A program made the translations under genes and the position numbers. A stretch of DNA of 64,000 nucleotides from an uncultured Pseudomonadota bacterium. Lineage in GTDB: Bacteria > Pseudomonadota > Gammaproteobacteria > Steroidobacterales > Steroidobacteraceae. Location of the stretch: assembly GCA_937920275.1 (NCBI GenBank), contig CALGVD010000092.1:13225-77224 (forward strand), given 5' to 3'. The notes under the pieces were generated by a model that was not told the DNA's origin, made no database searches, and saw only the letters and a list, made by a program, of their open reading frames with translations. The number at the start of each line of letters is the position of its first letter. Position 1 is the first letter of the stretch. This document shows, in pieces, positions 1 to 10,834 of this stretch.

Positions 1-2306
1 GTGAGCGCAGCGAAGTCCGGATCATCGTCGCGCAGCGGCAGGTTCAGCCGCGCGATCATCACTGCGTTGGTCTTGTCCGGCGTGATCAACTGGCGGCTGC
101 TCCCCGGGATGTCGAAGCTGTTGCCCGGTGCGCGCTCGTAGACCTGTTCGGCAGACCAGCCGGCCAGCATCGCACCGAGTGCGGCGCGCGTGGTGGTCTC
201 GTCGAAGTCGCCGACGACCGCGGCGGTAGCGTCCGAGGCACCGTAGAAATCGGCATGGAACCGCCGCAGGTCGGCGACCGAGGTGCCGCGGATCGCGACG
301 GCCTCTTCCTCGAAGCTGCGCACCCGACGGAAGTCGTCGGCGGGCCAGGGCGAGGTGATGCGGGCGCTCTCACGCGCTGCGATGGCCTGCGGTTCGCTGC
401 GTTGCTGATCGAGACCGGCGAGCGTCTCATCGCGCAGCTTGACGAATTCGGTTTCCGGGAACACCGGATTGCGCAGGAGGTCGGTGACGATGTCCAGTGT
501 CGGTACGAGATTGTCCCGGGTAGAGACCACCGAGACGTTCACGGTCTGTCCGCCGCCGCCGATGCTGACCGTGGACTTCAGCTTGTCGAGTTCGTCGTTG
601 ATCTGTTGCAACGAGCGGTTCGCGGTGCCGCGACGCAGCATCGCCGCCGTGAGTTCGGTCACGGTCGACCGACCGGCTAATGAATTCCGGTCGCCGAGAC
701 GCAGCACGATGTTCGCCGTCACGGCGCCACCGCGGGTGGATTTGGCGAGGAAGCTGTACTTCGCGCCGCCGGGCAGCGTCTCGCTGCGGGTGCGTGCGTC
801 GATGTTGGCCGGCGAGGGATCGAAAGCCTCCGCCTGCTTGAGCATGGCGCGACCGGTGTATCCGGCGAGCATCACCGAAGGCTCATCCGCGGTCGGGATC
901 GTCGCCCGTACGGGGGCGGCATCCGGGACGAACAAGCCGGTGGTGCGGTTCGAAGGCTTGAGGTACGCCATGGCGACCCGGTTGACGTCGGCGGCCGTGA
1001 CCTTCTCGAGGCGGTCGCGCGACAGGAACCACAGCCGCCAGTCACCCTTCGCGACATACTCGGAGAGTCCGAGCCCGACGCGCTCGCTGTTGTTGTAGGT
1101 GAGCTCGAAGTCTTTCAGCAGGGTGTTCCGTGCGCGGGTGACTTCATCCGCGGTGACCGGATTCGAGGCGAGCGTATCGAGCAGCTCGAGCATCGTCTGC
1201 GTGGCATCCGCCACCGGTTTGTCCTTGAGGACCTCCGCCGAGAAATACATGTAGCCCGGGTCCTTCAGTTCGAAGGCGAAACCGCCGACGCTGCTCGCCT
1301 TGCCGGTCTCCACCAACGCCTTGTACAGGCGCCCCGAGGGCTCGTTGGTGAGCACCTCGGCCAGCACCTCCACGGCGACGAAGTCCGGGTGGGCGCCGGC
1401 CGGGATGTGATAACCGGCGGCGGTGACCTGAAGATCGCCGACCCGGCGCAGCACGGCGTGGCGCTCGCCATCCTGCGTGGGTTCGACGGTGTAGGTCGGC
1501 TGCAGGATGCGCTGCGGACGCGGGATCGGGCCGAAGAATTCATTGACCCAAGCGAGCGTCTTGGCTTCGTCGATCTTGCCGGTGACGGTCAGCACCGCGT
1601 TGTCGGGCTGGTAGTAGTTGCGGTAGAAAGCCCGCAGGTTGGCGACCGGTACGCGCTCGATGTCCTCACGCGATCCGATGGTCGTCTTGCCGTAGTTATG
1701 CCAAAGATAGGCGGTGGACATGACCCGCTGCAGCAGCACGCGCGAGGGGTTGTTCTCGCCGGACTCGAACTCGTTGCGCACCACGGAGAACTCGCTCTTG
1801 AGGTCTTCCTCCTTGATGAAGGAATTGATCATGCGGTCGGCTTCGAGGTCGAGGGCCCAGCGCAGGTTGTCGTCGGTTGCTGCGAAGGTCTCGAAATAGT
1901 TGGTGCGGTCGTACCAGGTGGTGCCGTTCGGGCGCGCCCCGCGTGCGGTGAGCTCCTGCGGGATGTTGGGGTGCCGCGGTGTGCCCTTGAACACCATGTG
2001 CTCGAGCAGATGAGCCATGCCGCTCTCGCCGTAGCCTTCGTGGCGCGATCCTACGAGGTAGGTGATGTTCACGGTGATGGTCGGCTTGGAACCGTCCGGG
2101 AAGAGGAGTACCGTCAGGCCGTTGGCGAGGCGGTATTCGGTGATCCCCTCGACCGAGGTGATCTTCTGCGGCGCGGGCAGCGTGGCGGCGCTCGCGGCGG
2201 GTTTTGCGGCCTTCTCGGCGGCCAGGGCCGGCGCGGTAAGCGGGGCCGTCAGGGTCAGAAACAGGGCAGCGGTCAGGCAAGCGGTCCGGGACAAAAGATG
2301 ACGCAC
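1..2306 (-). CDS. M16 (insulinase/pitrilysin) family zinc metallopeptidase, N-terminal part; the 3' end lies beyond the left window edge
   Basis: Missing from the ORF track because it runs off the edge. Manual reverse-strand translation from GTG at 2306 (GGAG 8 nt upstream) gives VRHLLSRTACLTAALFLTLTAPLTAPALAAEKAA, which looks like a signal peptide. In the same frame at 1992-2042 it gives HEGYGESGMAHLLEHMV, the HxxEH inverted-zincin motif of family M16. An in-frame TAG at 2343-2345 closes the frame upstream. The + strand ORFs 439..1098 and most of 1389..2795 are antisense shadows. Confidence 0.8.
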   Translation of the reverse strand, partial: MRHLLSRTACLTAALFLTLTAPLTAPALAAEKAAKPAASAATLPAPQKITSVEGITEYRLANGLTVLLFPDGSKPTITVNITYLVGSRHEGYGESGMAHLLEHMVFKGTPRHPNIPQELTARGARPNGTTWYDRTNYFETFAATDDNLRWALDLEADRMINSFIKEEDLKSEFSVVRNEFESGENNPSRVLLQRVMSTAYLWHNYGKTTIGSREDIERVPVANLRAFYRNYYQPDNAVLTVTGKIDEAKTLAWVNEFFGPIPRPQRILQPTYTVEPTQDGERHAVLRRVGDLQVTAAGYHIPAGAHPDFVAVEVLAEVLTNEPSGRLYKALVETGKASSVGGFAFELKDPGYMYFSAEVLKDKPVADATQTMLELLDTLASNPVTADEVTRARNTLLKDFELTYNNSERVGLGLSEYVAKGDWRLWFLSRDRLEKVTAADVNRVAMAYLKPSNRTTGLFVPDAAPVRATIPTADEPSVMLAGYTGRAMLKQAEAFDPSPANIDARTRSETLPGGAKYSFLAKSTRGGAVTANIVLRLGDRNSLAGRSTVTELTAAMLRRGTANRSLQQINDELDKLKSTVSIGGGGQTVNVSVVSTRDNLVPTLDIVTDLLRNPVFPETEFVKLRDETLAGLDQQRSEPQAIAARESARITSPWPADDFRRVRSFEEEAVAIRGTSVADLRRFHADFYGASDATAAVVGDFDETTTRAALGAMLAGWSAEQVYERAPGNSFDIPGSSRQLITPDKTNAVMIARLNLPLRDDDPDFAAL

Positions 2307-2336
2307 GACGGGTACTCCGGCAAGAGCAAAGAGACC

Positions 2337-2795
2337 ATGACTCTATACGGCCTGTCTGGGCGCGCAAGGGCTTGCGCCGCTGCGGGAATGGTGGTTGCCC
2401 TGCTGGGGGGAAGCCCCGCGATGGCGACCGGTAGCGACCCCTCCGAGGTGGCGGATGCCACGGCCGCGGGCGAGGCCGCGCCGCCGCGCCTCGATCTGCG
2501 TCCCGGCGATCTGCGTCGGCATGTGCCGCGCGACGAGCTGGATGCGCCTTGGACGGCAGAGCTCGACGAGGTCGTCATCCGTCCGCGCCGCCCGCCGCCC
2601 GATCTGCCCGAGCGCCGAGCGGTACCGCAGGGCCTCGGAGGCCTCCTCTGGGCTGCGAAGCGCCCCACCCAGGCTTGGCGGCTGCTGGTGCCCGACCCCA
2701 ACGCTCCGCCGGTGCAACCGCGCAGCGCCGATGATCCACGGGAGCCGCCTGGTGCGTACCGGTCGCGCATCGGCGAACCGGGTAAGGTGTTCTGA
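2337..2795 (+). CDS. Hypothetical small secreted Pro/Arg-rich protein (152 aa), no family recognised
   Basis: This is the 3' third of track ORF 1389..2795, starting at the in-frame ATG at 2337. The N-terminus MTLYGLSGRARACAAAGMVVALLGGSPAMA|TGSD resembles a Sec signal peptide with an AxA site. G/C dominates third positions, as in neighbouring real genes. It ends just before the hairpin terminator at 2813-2840. Caveats: the SD is weak, and only 30 bp separate it from the divergent M16 start. Confidence 0.45.
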   Translation: MTLYGLSGRARACAAAGMVVALLGGSPAMATGSDPSEVADATAAGEAAPPRLDLRPGDLRRHVPRDELDAPWTAELDEVVIRPRRPPPDLPERRAVPQGLGGLLWAAKRPTQAWRLLVPDPNAPPVQPRSADDPREPPGAYRSRIGEPGKVF

Positions 2796-2812
2796 GAAAA
2801 ATTCTCTGAGCC

Positions 2813-2840
2813 AAAAAAAAGGCCCCGTTTCCGGGGCCTT
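2813..2840 (-). terminator. Rho-independent terminator downstream of hppA (possibly bidirectional, also closing the 2337..2795 ORF)
   Basis: A 7-9 bp GC stem, (AA)GGCCCCG-TTTC-CGGGGCC(TT), at 2819-2840. On the minus strand it is followed by a T8 run (A8 at 2813-2820 on +). It lies 26 nt after the hppA stop. Confidence 0.75.
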
Positions 2841-2865
2841 CTTCGCTGGTCGATGGCGGGGCTGC

Positions 2866-4935
<2,070 letters not shown>

Positions 4936-5024
4936 TTTGATCTCCCCCTAGGAAAAAAGGCGCCGCATCATACCATGGCGGCTCGTCATGGCCGCCCGGG
5001 CGGCAGCCGTGAGGGCGACATCGA

Positions 5025-6326
5025 TCAAGCCTTGAACGGCGGCAGTCGCTTGCGGACTTTCGCGCCGCGCAGTCTGACGTAGACCGGCAATCCGTCCCGG
5101 AAGGGCGGCGGCGCTTCGCCGTCGATCAACGGCAGCAGGTGGCGTCGGCATCGTTCGGTGATGCCGAAACCGTCGGTCGTGATGAAGTCGCGTGGCAGCT
5201 TGTGCTCGACGTTGGCGACTTTGGCGAGCTCGACATGACCCACCGTCCAGCGATAAGGCCGCGAGGACTTGCGGACCACGATCGGCATCACGGCGTTGTG
5301 TCCCTGCACGGCGAGCTCGACGGCGGCCTTGCCCATCGCATAGGCCTGCTCGACATCCGTCTTCGAAGCGATGTGGCGCGCCGCACGCTGCAGGTAATCC
5401 GCCACTGCCCAGTGGTACTTGTAGCCGTGGGCTTTGCGGATCATGTCGGCGAGGAACGGCGCGACGCCGCCCAACTGCGTGTGGCCGAAGGCGTCTTTCG
5501 TGCCGGCGTCGGCGAGGAAGCGTCCGTCTGCATAGGCCGTGCCTTCGGAAACCACGATCACGCAGTAGCCGACGCGCTCCACGGTCTCCTTGACGCGTGC
5601 CAAGAACGCCACCGGGTCGAAGGCGATCTCCGGGAACAGGATGATGTGCGGCGCTGCATCGCGGCCCTTGCCGGCGAGCCCGCCTGCGGCGGCGATCCAA
5701 CCGGCATGGCGCCCCATCACCTCCATCACGAACACTTTGGTGGAAGTCCGCGCCATCGAGGCGACATCGAGCGAGGCCTCGAGTGTGGACACGGCGACGA
5801 ACTTGGCGACCGAGCCGAAGCCCGGGCAGCAGTCGGTGAAGGGCAGATCGTTGTCCACGGTCTTCGGCACGCCGATGCAGGTGATGGGGTAGCCGAGCGT
5901 CTCGCCCATCTGCGCGACCTTGTGCGCGGTGTCCATCGAGTCGTTGCCGCCGTTGTAGAAGAAATATCCGATGTCATGGGCCTTGAAGACCTGGATCAGA
6001 CGCTCGTACTCGGCGCGGTTCTTATCCAGACCCTTGAGCTTGAAGCGTGCTGAACCAAAAGCGCCGGCGGGGGTATGGCGCAGTCCGGCGATGGTCGCCT
6101 TGCTCTCCTTGGAGCAGTCGATCAGGTCCTCTTCGAGGGCGCCGACGATGCCGTGGCGGCCGGCGTAGACCTTGCCGATATGACGGGGATGCCGTGCGGC
6201 GGTCTCTATGACCCCGGCCGCTGAGGCGTTGATGACGGCGGTCACCCCGCCCGACTGGGCGTAGAAGGCGTTGCGGGGAACGGGCTTGCCGGTGCGGGCG
6301 GCGGGCTTGCGGACGGTCTTTTTCAT
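5025..6326 (-). CDS. pfp: Pyrophosphate-dependent 6-phosphofructokinase (PPi-PFK)
   Basis: 433 aa of the PFK family (SGGVTAVINAS, MGRHAGW). GGNDS replaces the GGDGS of ATP-PFKs, and PKTVDND replaces PGTIDND. These are the Asp104/Lys124-equivalent residues (E. coli PfkA numbering) that mark PPi dependence. It sits directly upstream of hppA on the same strand. No SD is visible before the only possible ATG. Confidence 0.9.
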   Translation of the reverse strand: MKKTVRKPAARTGKPVPRNAFYAQSGGVTAVINASAAGVIETAARHPRHIGKVYAGRHGIVGALEEDLIDCSKESKATIAGLRHTPAGAFGSARFKLKGLDKNRAEYERLIQVFKAHDIGYFFYNGGNDSMDTAHKVAQMGETLGYPITCIGVPKTVDNDLPFTDCCPGFGSVAKFVAVSTLEASLDVASMARTSTKVFVMEVMGRHAGWIAAAGGLAGKGRDAAPHIILFPEIAFDPVAFLARVKETVERVGYCVIVVSEGTAYADGRFLADAGTKDAFGHTQLGGVAPFLADMIRKAHGYKYHWAVADYLQRAARHIASKTDVEQAYAMGKAAVELAVQGHNAVMPIVVRKSSRPYRWTVGHVELAKVANVEHKLPRDFITTDGFGITERCRRHLLPLIDGEAPPPFRDGLPVYVRLRGAKVRKRLPPFKA

Positions 6327-6430
6327 GGGAGGTGAGGATACCGCAGCATTTGACCTGCCGGGAACGGGCGGGTACCGTTCGCCGTCACGTCTCTGTCATT
6401 CCGATGCACGGACGCTTGGAGTCCCCGTTC

Positions 6431-7084
6431 ATGAGAATCGTTTTCCTCGGTGCGCCCGGTTCCGGCAAGGGAACGCAGGCCCAGCGCCTCGTCGAGCGTC
6501 ATGGTATCCCGCAGGTCTCGACGGGAGACCTGCTGCGCGCCCATGTGCGCGACGGTACCGAATTGGGTCGTCGCGCCAAGGCCGTCATGGATGCCGGCCA
6601 ACTCGTCGACGATGCAACCATCCTCGGTATGGTGCGCGAGCGGCTGGCCGAACCCGACGCCCGCGGCGGGTTCATCCTCGATGGGTTCCCGCGCACGATC
6701 CCGCAGGCTGAGGGCCTCGACCGCATGCTCATCAGCATCGGGCAGCCGCTCGATGCCGTGGTGCAGTTCAACATCGAACCCCAGTTGCTGGTCGAGCGCA
6801 TCTCGGGCCGCCGTACCTGTCAGGACTGCGGTCGGGTGTTCAACATCCATACTGCGCCAGCCCCATCGCCCCCGCCCTGTGGCGGACAGTGCGAGACGCC
6901 GCGCCTCATGCAGCGGCCGGACGACAAGGAAGAGACCGTCGCGAAGCGGATCGGCGTCTATGAAGAGCAGACGCGGCCCTTGGCGGATTTCTACGCGGCG
7001 CAGGGTCTGTTGCGCAGCATCGATGCGGACGCCGGGCTGCCGGTGGTGACGGCGCGCGTCGAGGCGGCGATCGCGCCGCGCTGA
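6431..7084 (+). CDS. adk: Adenylate kinase with a Cys4-type LID
   Basis: Starts at the internal ATG at 6431 (MRIVFLGAPGSGKGTQ P-loop; GGAG SD 11 nt upstream). The upstream part of track ORF 6332..7084 is non-homologous leader. The LID reads C130-Q-D-C133-x16-C150-G-G-Q-C154. Confidence 0.95.
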   Translation: MRIVFLGAPGSGKGTQAQRLVERHGIPQVSTGDLLRAHVRDGTELGRRAKAVMDAGQLVDDATILGMVRERLAEPDARGGFILDGFPRTIPQAEGLDRMLISIGQPLDAVVQFNIEPQLLVERISGRRTCQDCGRVFNIHTAPAPSPPPCGGQCETPRLMQRPDDKEETVAKRIGVYEEQTRPLADFYAAQGLLRSIDADAGLPVVTARVEAAIAPR

Positions 7085-7095
7085 GCTTTACCGGG

Positions 7096-8187
7096 TCACA
7101 CCGCGGCGCGCAAACGGTCGGCCAATACGCCGGCGCGCCAACCGCCTAGCGCGGTCGCCGGGTCGTTGCCTCGGGCGATCTCTTCGAGCACACGCCGCGT
7201 CGCGAGCACTTCGGGTGCGATGTCGAGTTCCTGCGCGGTGGCCTGCGTGACCTCGGACAGCCGTTTCGTGCGTGCGATCGATGCCGGGTCGGGCCGCTCG
7301 CGTTTGGGCAGGGGTGGCGCGGGATCCGGCACCCGGGCCGCCTCGATCAAGCCGAGCAGCTCGTCGCCTGAATGTTTGACGACCGCTTCCGGCATGCCCT
7401 CGATCTGCGCCAAGCTGTCACGGCTGCGCGGGATGCGCAGCACGATCTCGCGCACGAGCGTGTCGTCGAGGATCCAGCCGCGTGGCCGGTTGCGTGCGAC
7501 GGCGCGCCGTTCACGCCACGCCGCGAGCGATTGAAGCAGCCGGAGGCGACCTTCGTCCCAGCCCTCCACGCCGCGGAAGCGCAGCCAAGCCTTGTCGACA
7601 TCGACGGCGAGCACATCGAGCCGTTCGAGTGCGGCGAGCTCTTCGGCCAACCAATCGAGTCGGCCGAGCTGCTCCAGAGCACCCAGCAACTGCTCGCGCA
7701 GCGGCAACAGGTGGCGCACATCATCGAGTGCGTACTCGATCTGCTCGATGCTCAGGGGTCGTCGCGACCAATCGGTGCGGGTCTGGCCTTTCGGCAGTTC
7801 GTGACCCAACAGGCGCCGTACCAACTCGGCGTAGCCGACCTGTGCAGGGTGGCCGCAGAGCGCCGCCGCGATCTGTGTATCGAACAGCGGCGTCATCGGC
7901 CCGAGCGTGGGTGCCAACACTTCGAGGTCCTGCCGACCGGCATGCAACACGACCGGTGGGCCGGCGGCACCGAGCGCTGCGGCGAGCGGACTCAGATCCG
8001 GGAGTGCGAGCGGATCGATGCAGATCGGGCCGTTGCGGGTGGTGAGCTGCAGCAGGCAGAGCTCGGCCCGATAGGTGCGTTCACGCATGAATTCCGTGTC
8101 GAGCCCGATCGCGGTCTCGCCCACGAGGTCGCCGAGAAGGTCTTGCAGGCCCGAAGCGGTGGTGATGATTTTTGCGTGCGACGACAC
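7096..8187 (-). CDS. rnd: Ribonuclease D
   Basis: 363 aa. DEDD exonuclease motifs (IGLDTEF, YALDDV) plus an HRDC-like C-terminal region. Confidence 0.9.
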   Translation of the reverse strand: MSSHAKIITTASGLQDLLGDLVGETAIGLDTEFMRERTYRAELCLLQLTTRNGPICIDPLALPDLSPLAAALGAAGPPVVLHAGRQDLEVLAPTLGPMTPLFDTQIAAALCGHPAQVGYAELVRRLLGHELPKGQTRTDWSRRPLSIEQIEYALDDVRHLLPLREQLLGALEQLGRLDWLAEELAALERLDVLAVDVDKAWLRFRGVEGWDEGRLRLLQSLAAWRERRAVARNRPRGWILDDTLVREIVLRIPRSRDSLAQIEGMPEAVVKHSGDELLGLIEAARVPDPAPPLPKRERPDPASIARTKRLSEVTQATAQELDIAPEVLATRRVLEEIARGNDPATALGGWRAGVLADRLRAAV

Positions 8188-8234
8188 CGCTCAACTATGC
8201 AAGAATCCGACCCTTCACGGGGGACTAAATCGGC

Positions 8235-8795
8235 ATGATCTCCACGCTGCGTCTGTTCATCGGGTTGTTGCTGCGCAAGGCGGCTCCCTCGGACTTGCCG
8301 ACCTCGCCGCGCCTGTTGGCCGCGACCGTCTTTGCACTCGCGGCACTGCAGGGGTTGTTCGCCGGCGCGTTCGGCGAAGACCCCGGTGCGGTGTTGTCTC
8401 GAGAGTTGTTCTCCGGGGTGCTGTCGCTCGGTTGGATCTACCTGCTGACCCGGATCCATGGCAAGCCGGAACGTTTCCTGCAGACCGCCACCGCGATGCT
8501 TGGGGTCATGCTCGTCGTGGCGCCCTTCACGCTGCCGCTGCTGGCGGTGGCGATGCCGCTCTTTGAGGCGGCGCGCACCGGTCAACCGGCGGTCGATGCC
8601 GCCGCGTTGCCCTTGATCGCGCTGGCCGCGGTCTTCGCGGCCGGCCTCTACCTGCTGGTCGTGCGGGGGCGCATCCTCGCCGAGGCGATCGAGCGCCCGT
8701 TCTTCCAGTGCCTGGTGCTGGTGCTGATCGGTGAACTGCTCGTGGTGATGGCGATGGTCGCGCTCGGGTTCGGCGGCGCGGCCCCGGCAGCCTGA
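8235..8795 (+). CDS. Hypothetical multi-pass inner-membrane protein
   Basis: 186 aa with 4-5 hydrophobic segments and coding-like third-position bias. No motif recognised. Confidence 0.6.
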   Translation: MISTLRLFIGLLLRKAAPSDLPTSPRLLAATVFALAALQGLFAGAFGEDPGAVLSRELFSGVLSLGWIYLLTRIHGKPERFLQTATAMLGVMLVVAPFTLPLLAVAMPLFEAARTGQPAVDAAALPLIALAAVFAAGLYLLVVRGRILAEAIERPFFQCLVLVLIGELLVVMAMVALGFGGAAPAA

Positions 8796-8805
8796 GCGCC
8801 ACGCC

Positions 8806-10224
8806 GTGCACCTGCACATCCTCGGCATCTGCGGGACCTTCATGGGTGGCATCGCCGCGATAGCGCGGGCCGCCGGCCACCGTGTCACCGGCTCGGACCA
8901 CAATATCTATCCGCCGATGAGCACGCAGCTCGAGTCGCTCGGCATCGTGATCACCCAAGGGTTCGAGGCCTCACAACTCGATCCGGCGCCTGATGTGGTC
9001 GTGGTCGGCAATGTCATGAGCCGTGGTCATCCGGTCATCGAAGCGCTGCTCGAGCGCGGCTTGCCCTACAAGTCCGGCCCCGAATGGTTGGCACGCGAGG
9101 TGTTGCGCGATCGCTGGGTGCTGGCGGTGGCGGGCACCCACGGCAAGACGACCACCTCCAGCATGCTGGCTTGGATCCTCGAGTACGCGGGGCTCTCGCC
9201 AGGGTTCTTGATCGGCGGCGTGCCGCTCGATTTCGGTGTCAGTGCGCGTCTCGGCGAAGCGCCGTTCTTCGTCATCGAGGCCGACGAATACGACACGGCG
9301 TTCTTCGACAAGCGCGCCAAGTTCGTGCACTACCGTCCGCGCACGGCGATCCTCAACAACCTCGAGTACGACCACGCCGACATCTACCCCGACGTCGAGT
9401 CCATCGAGCGCCAGTTCCACCATCTCGTGCGCACCGTACCGGCCTCCGGCCTCATCGTGCACCACGCCGACGATCCGCATCTCAGCCGTGCGCTCTCGAT
9501 GGGCTGTTGGAGCGCGTGCGAGGGTTTCGCGCGCGGTGGTGGGTCGAGCGGCGGTACTGCGCTCTGGAGCGCGCACTCCACCGATGAAGGGCGGCAGGAC
9601 GGATCGTGCTTCGAGGTGCTGTTCCAAGGCGTTCCGGTGGGGCGGGTACGCTGGGGGCTGATCGGCGGCCACAATGTCGATAACGCACTGGCCGCCATCG
9701 CTGCCGCCCGCCATGCCGGGGTGCCGCCCGAGGTGGCTTGTGGAGCGCTCGGCGAGTTCCGCGGTATCAAACGCCGGATGGAGGTGCGCGGTGTGGTGGG
9801 CGGCGTGACCATCTATGACGACTTCGCGCACCATCCCACCGCCATCGCCACCACGATCGAGGGACTGCGCCGCAGGCTCGGTGCGGAAGGTGCCAGCGGC
9901 GCGCGCATCTTCGCGGTGCTCGAGCCACGCTCCAACACCATGCGCCTCGGCGTGCACCGCCATACGCTCGCGGGCTCGCTGTCCGCCGCGGATGAGACTT
10001 GGCTCTACGCGCCGCCTGACCTCGGCTGGGATGCGGCGCCGGTGATCGCGGCGCTCGGTGGTCGGGGCCGGCTCGCACAGGACATCGGCGATCTCACGCA
10101 AGGGCTGGTCCGAGCGGTGCGCCCGGGCGACCATGTGCTGATCATGTCGAACGGCGGTTTCGGGGGCTTGCACCAGCGTTTGTTGGACGCGCTGACAGCG
10201 CGGGAGGCGGATCATGGCCTTTGA
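8806..10224 (+). CDS. mpl: UDP-N-acetylmuramate:L-alanyl-gamma-D-glutamyl-meso-diaminopimelate ligase (murein peptide ligase)
   Basis: 472 aa. N-terminus MHLHILGICGTFMGGIA is typical of Mpl. Mur-ligase P-loop GTHGKTTTS. Confidence 0.93.
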   Translation: MHLHILGICGTFMGGIAAIARAAGHRVTGSDHNIYPPMSTQLESLGIVITQGFEASQLDPAPDVVVVGNVMSRGHPVIEALLERGLPYKSGPEWLAREVLRDRWVLAVAGTHGKTTTSSMLAWILEYAGLSPGFLIGGVPLDFGVSARLGEAPFFVIEADEYDTAFFDKRAKFVHYRPRTAILNNLEYDHADIYPDVESIERQFHHLVRTVPASGLIVHHADDPHLSRALSMGCWSACEGFARGGGSSGGTALWSAHSTDEGRQDGSCFEVLFQGVPVGRVRWGLIGGHNVDNALAAIAAARHAGVPPEVACGALGEFRGIKRRMEVRGVVGGVTIYDDFAHHPTAIATTIEGLRRRLGAEGASGARIFAVLEPRSNTMRLGVHRHTLAGSLSAADETWLYAPPDLGWDAAPVIAALGGRGRLAQDIGDLTQGLVRAVRPGDHVLIMSNGGFGGLHQRLLDALTAREADHGL

Positions 10225-10834
10225 AGAGGAACGCATCATGTCGGTGGGCATGACCGGCGCTTCGGGCGCGCAGTACGGTCTGCGGTTGGTGGAATGCCTG
10301 TTGCAAGCCGATTGGCAGGTCTACCTCACCTTCACCCGCGCCGCGCAGATCGTCATCGGTGGGGAGACCGATTGTCGGCTGCCGGGCCGTGCGACCGAGC
10401 AGACCCGGCATCTCTCGGCGCTCTTCAAAGCCCGCGACGGCCAACTGCGGGTGTTCGGTGAGGAGGAGTGGACCTCGCCGCTCGCCAGCGGTTCCGGTGC
10501 GCCGCGCCGCATGGTGATCTGCCCGGCGAGCATGGCGACGCTCTCCGCGATCGCCAACGGGGCCAGCGAGAACCTGCTCGAGCGCGCAGCCGATGTCGTC
10601 ATCAAAGAGCGTGGCGATCTCGTGATCGTGCCGCGCGAGACGCCGTTCTCCGCGATCCACCTCGAGAACATGCTCAAGCTCGCGCGGCTCGGCGTGTGCA
10701 TCCTGCCGGCCAACCCCGGCTTCTACAACCAGCCGACGCAGGTCGCCGAGCTCGTGGATTTCATCGTCGCGCGCATCCTCGACCAGTTCCGGATCAGGCA
10801 CACGCTGGCGAAGCCCTGGGGCCGGGAGGCCTGA
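10214..10834 (+). CDS. ubiX: Flavin prenyltransferase UbiX
   Basis: 206 aa. GMTGASG flavoprotein motif and a PASMATLSAIANG block. The start could instead be the ATG at 10238. Overlaps the mpl 3' end by 11 nt. Confidence 0.9.
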   Translation: MAFEEERIMSVGMTGASGAQYGLRLVECLLQADWQVYLTFTRAAQIVIGGETDCRLPGRATEQTRHLSALFKARDGQLRVFGEEEWTSPLASGSGAPRRMVICPASMATLSAIANGASENLLERAADVVIKERGDLVIVPRETPFSAIHLENMLKLARLGVCILPANPGFYNQPTQVAELVDFIVARILDQFRIRHTLAKPWGREA

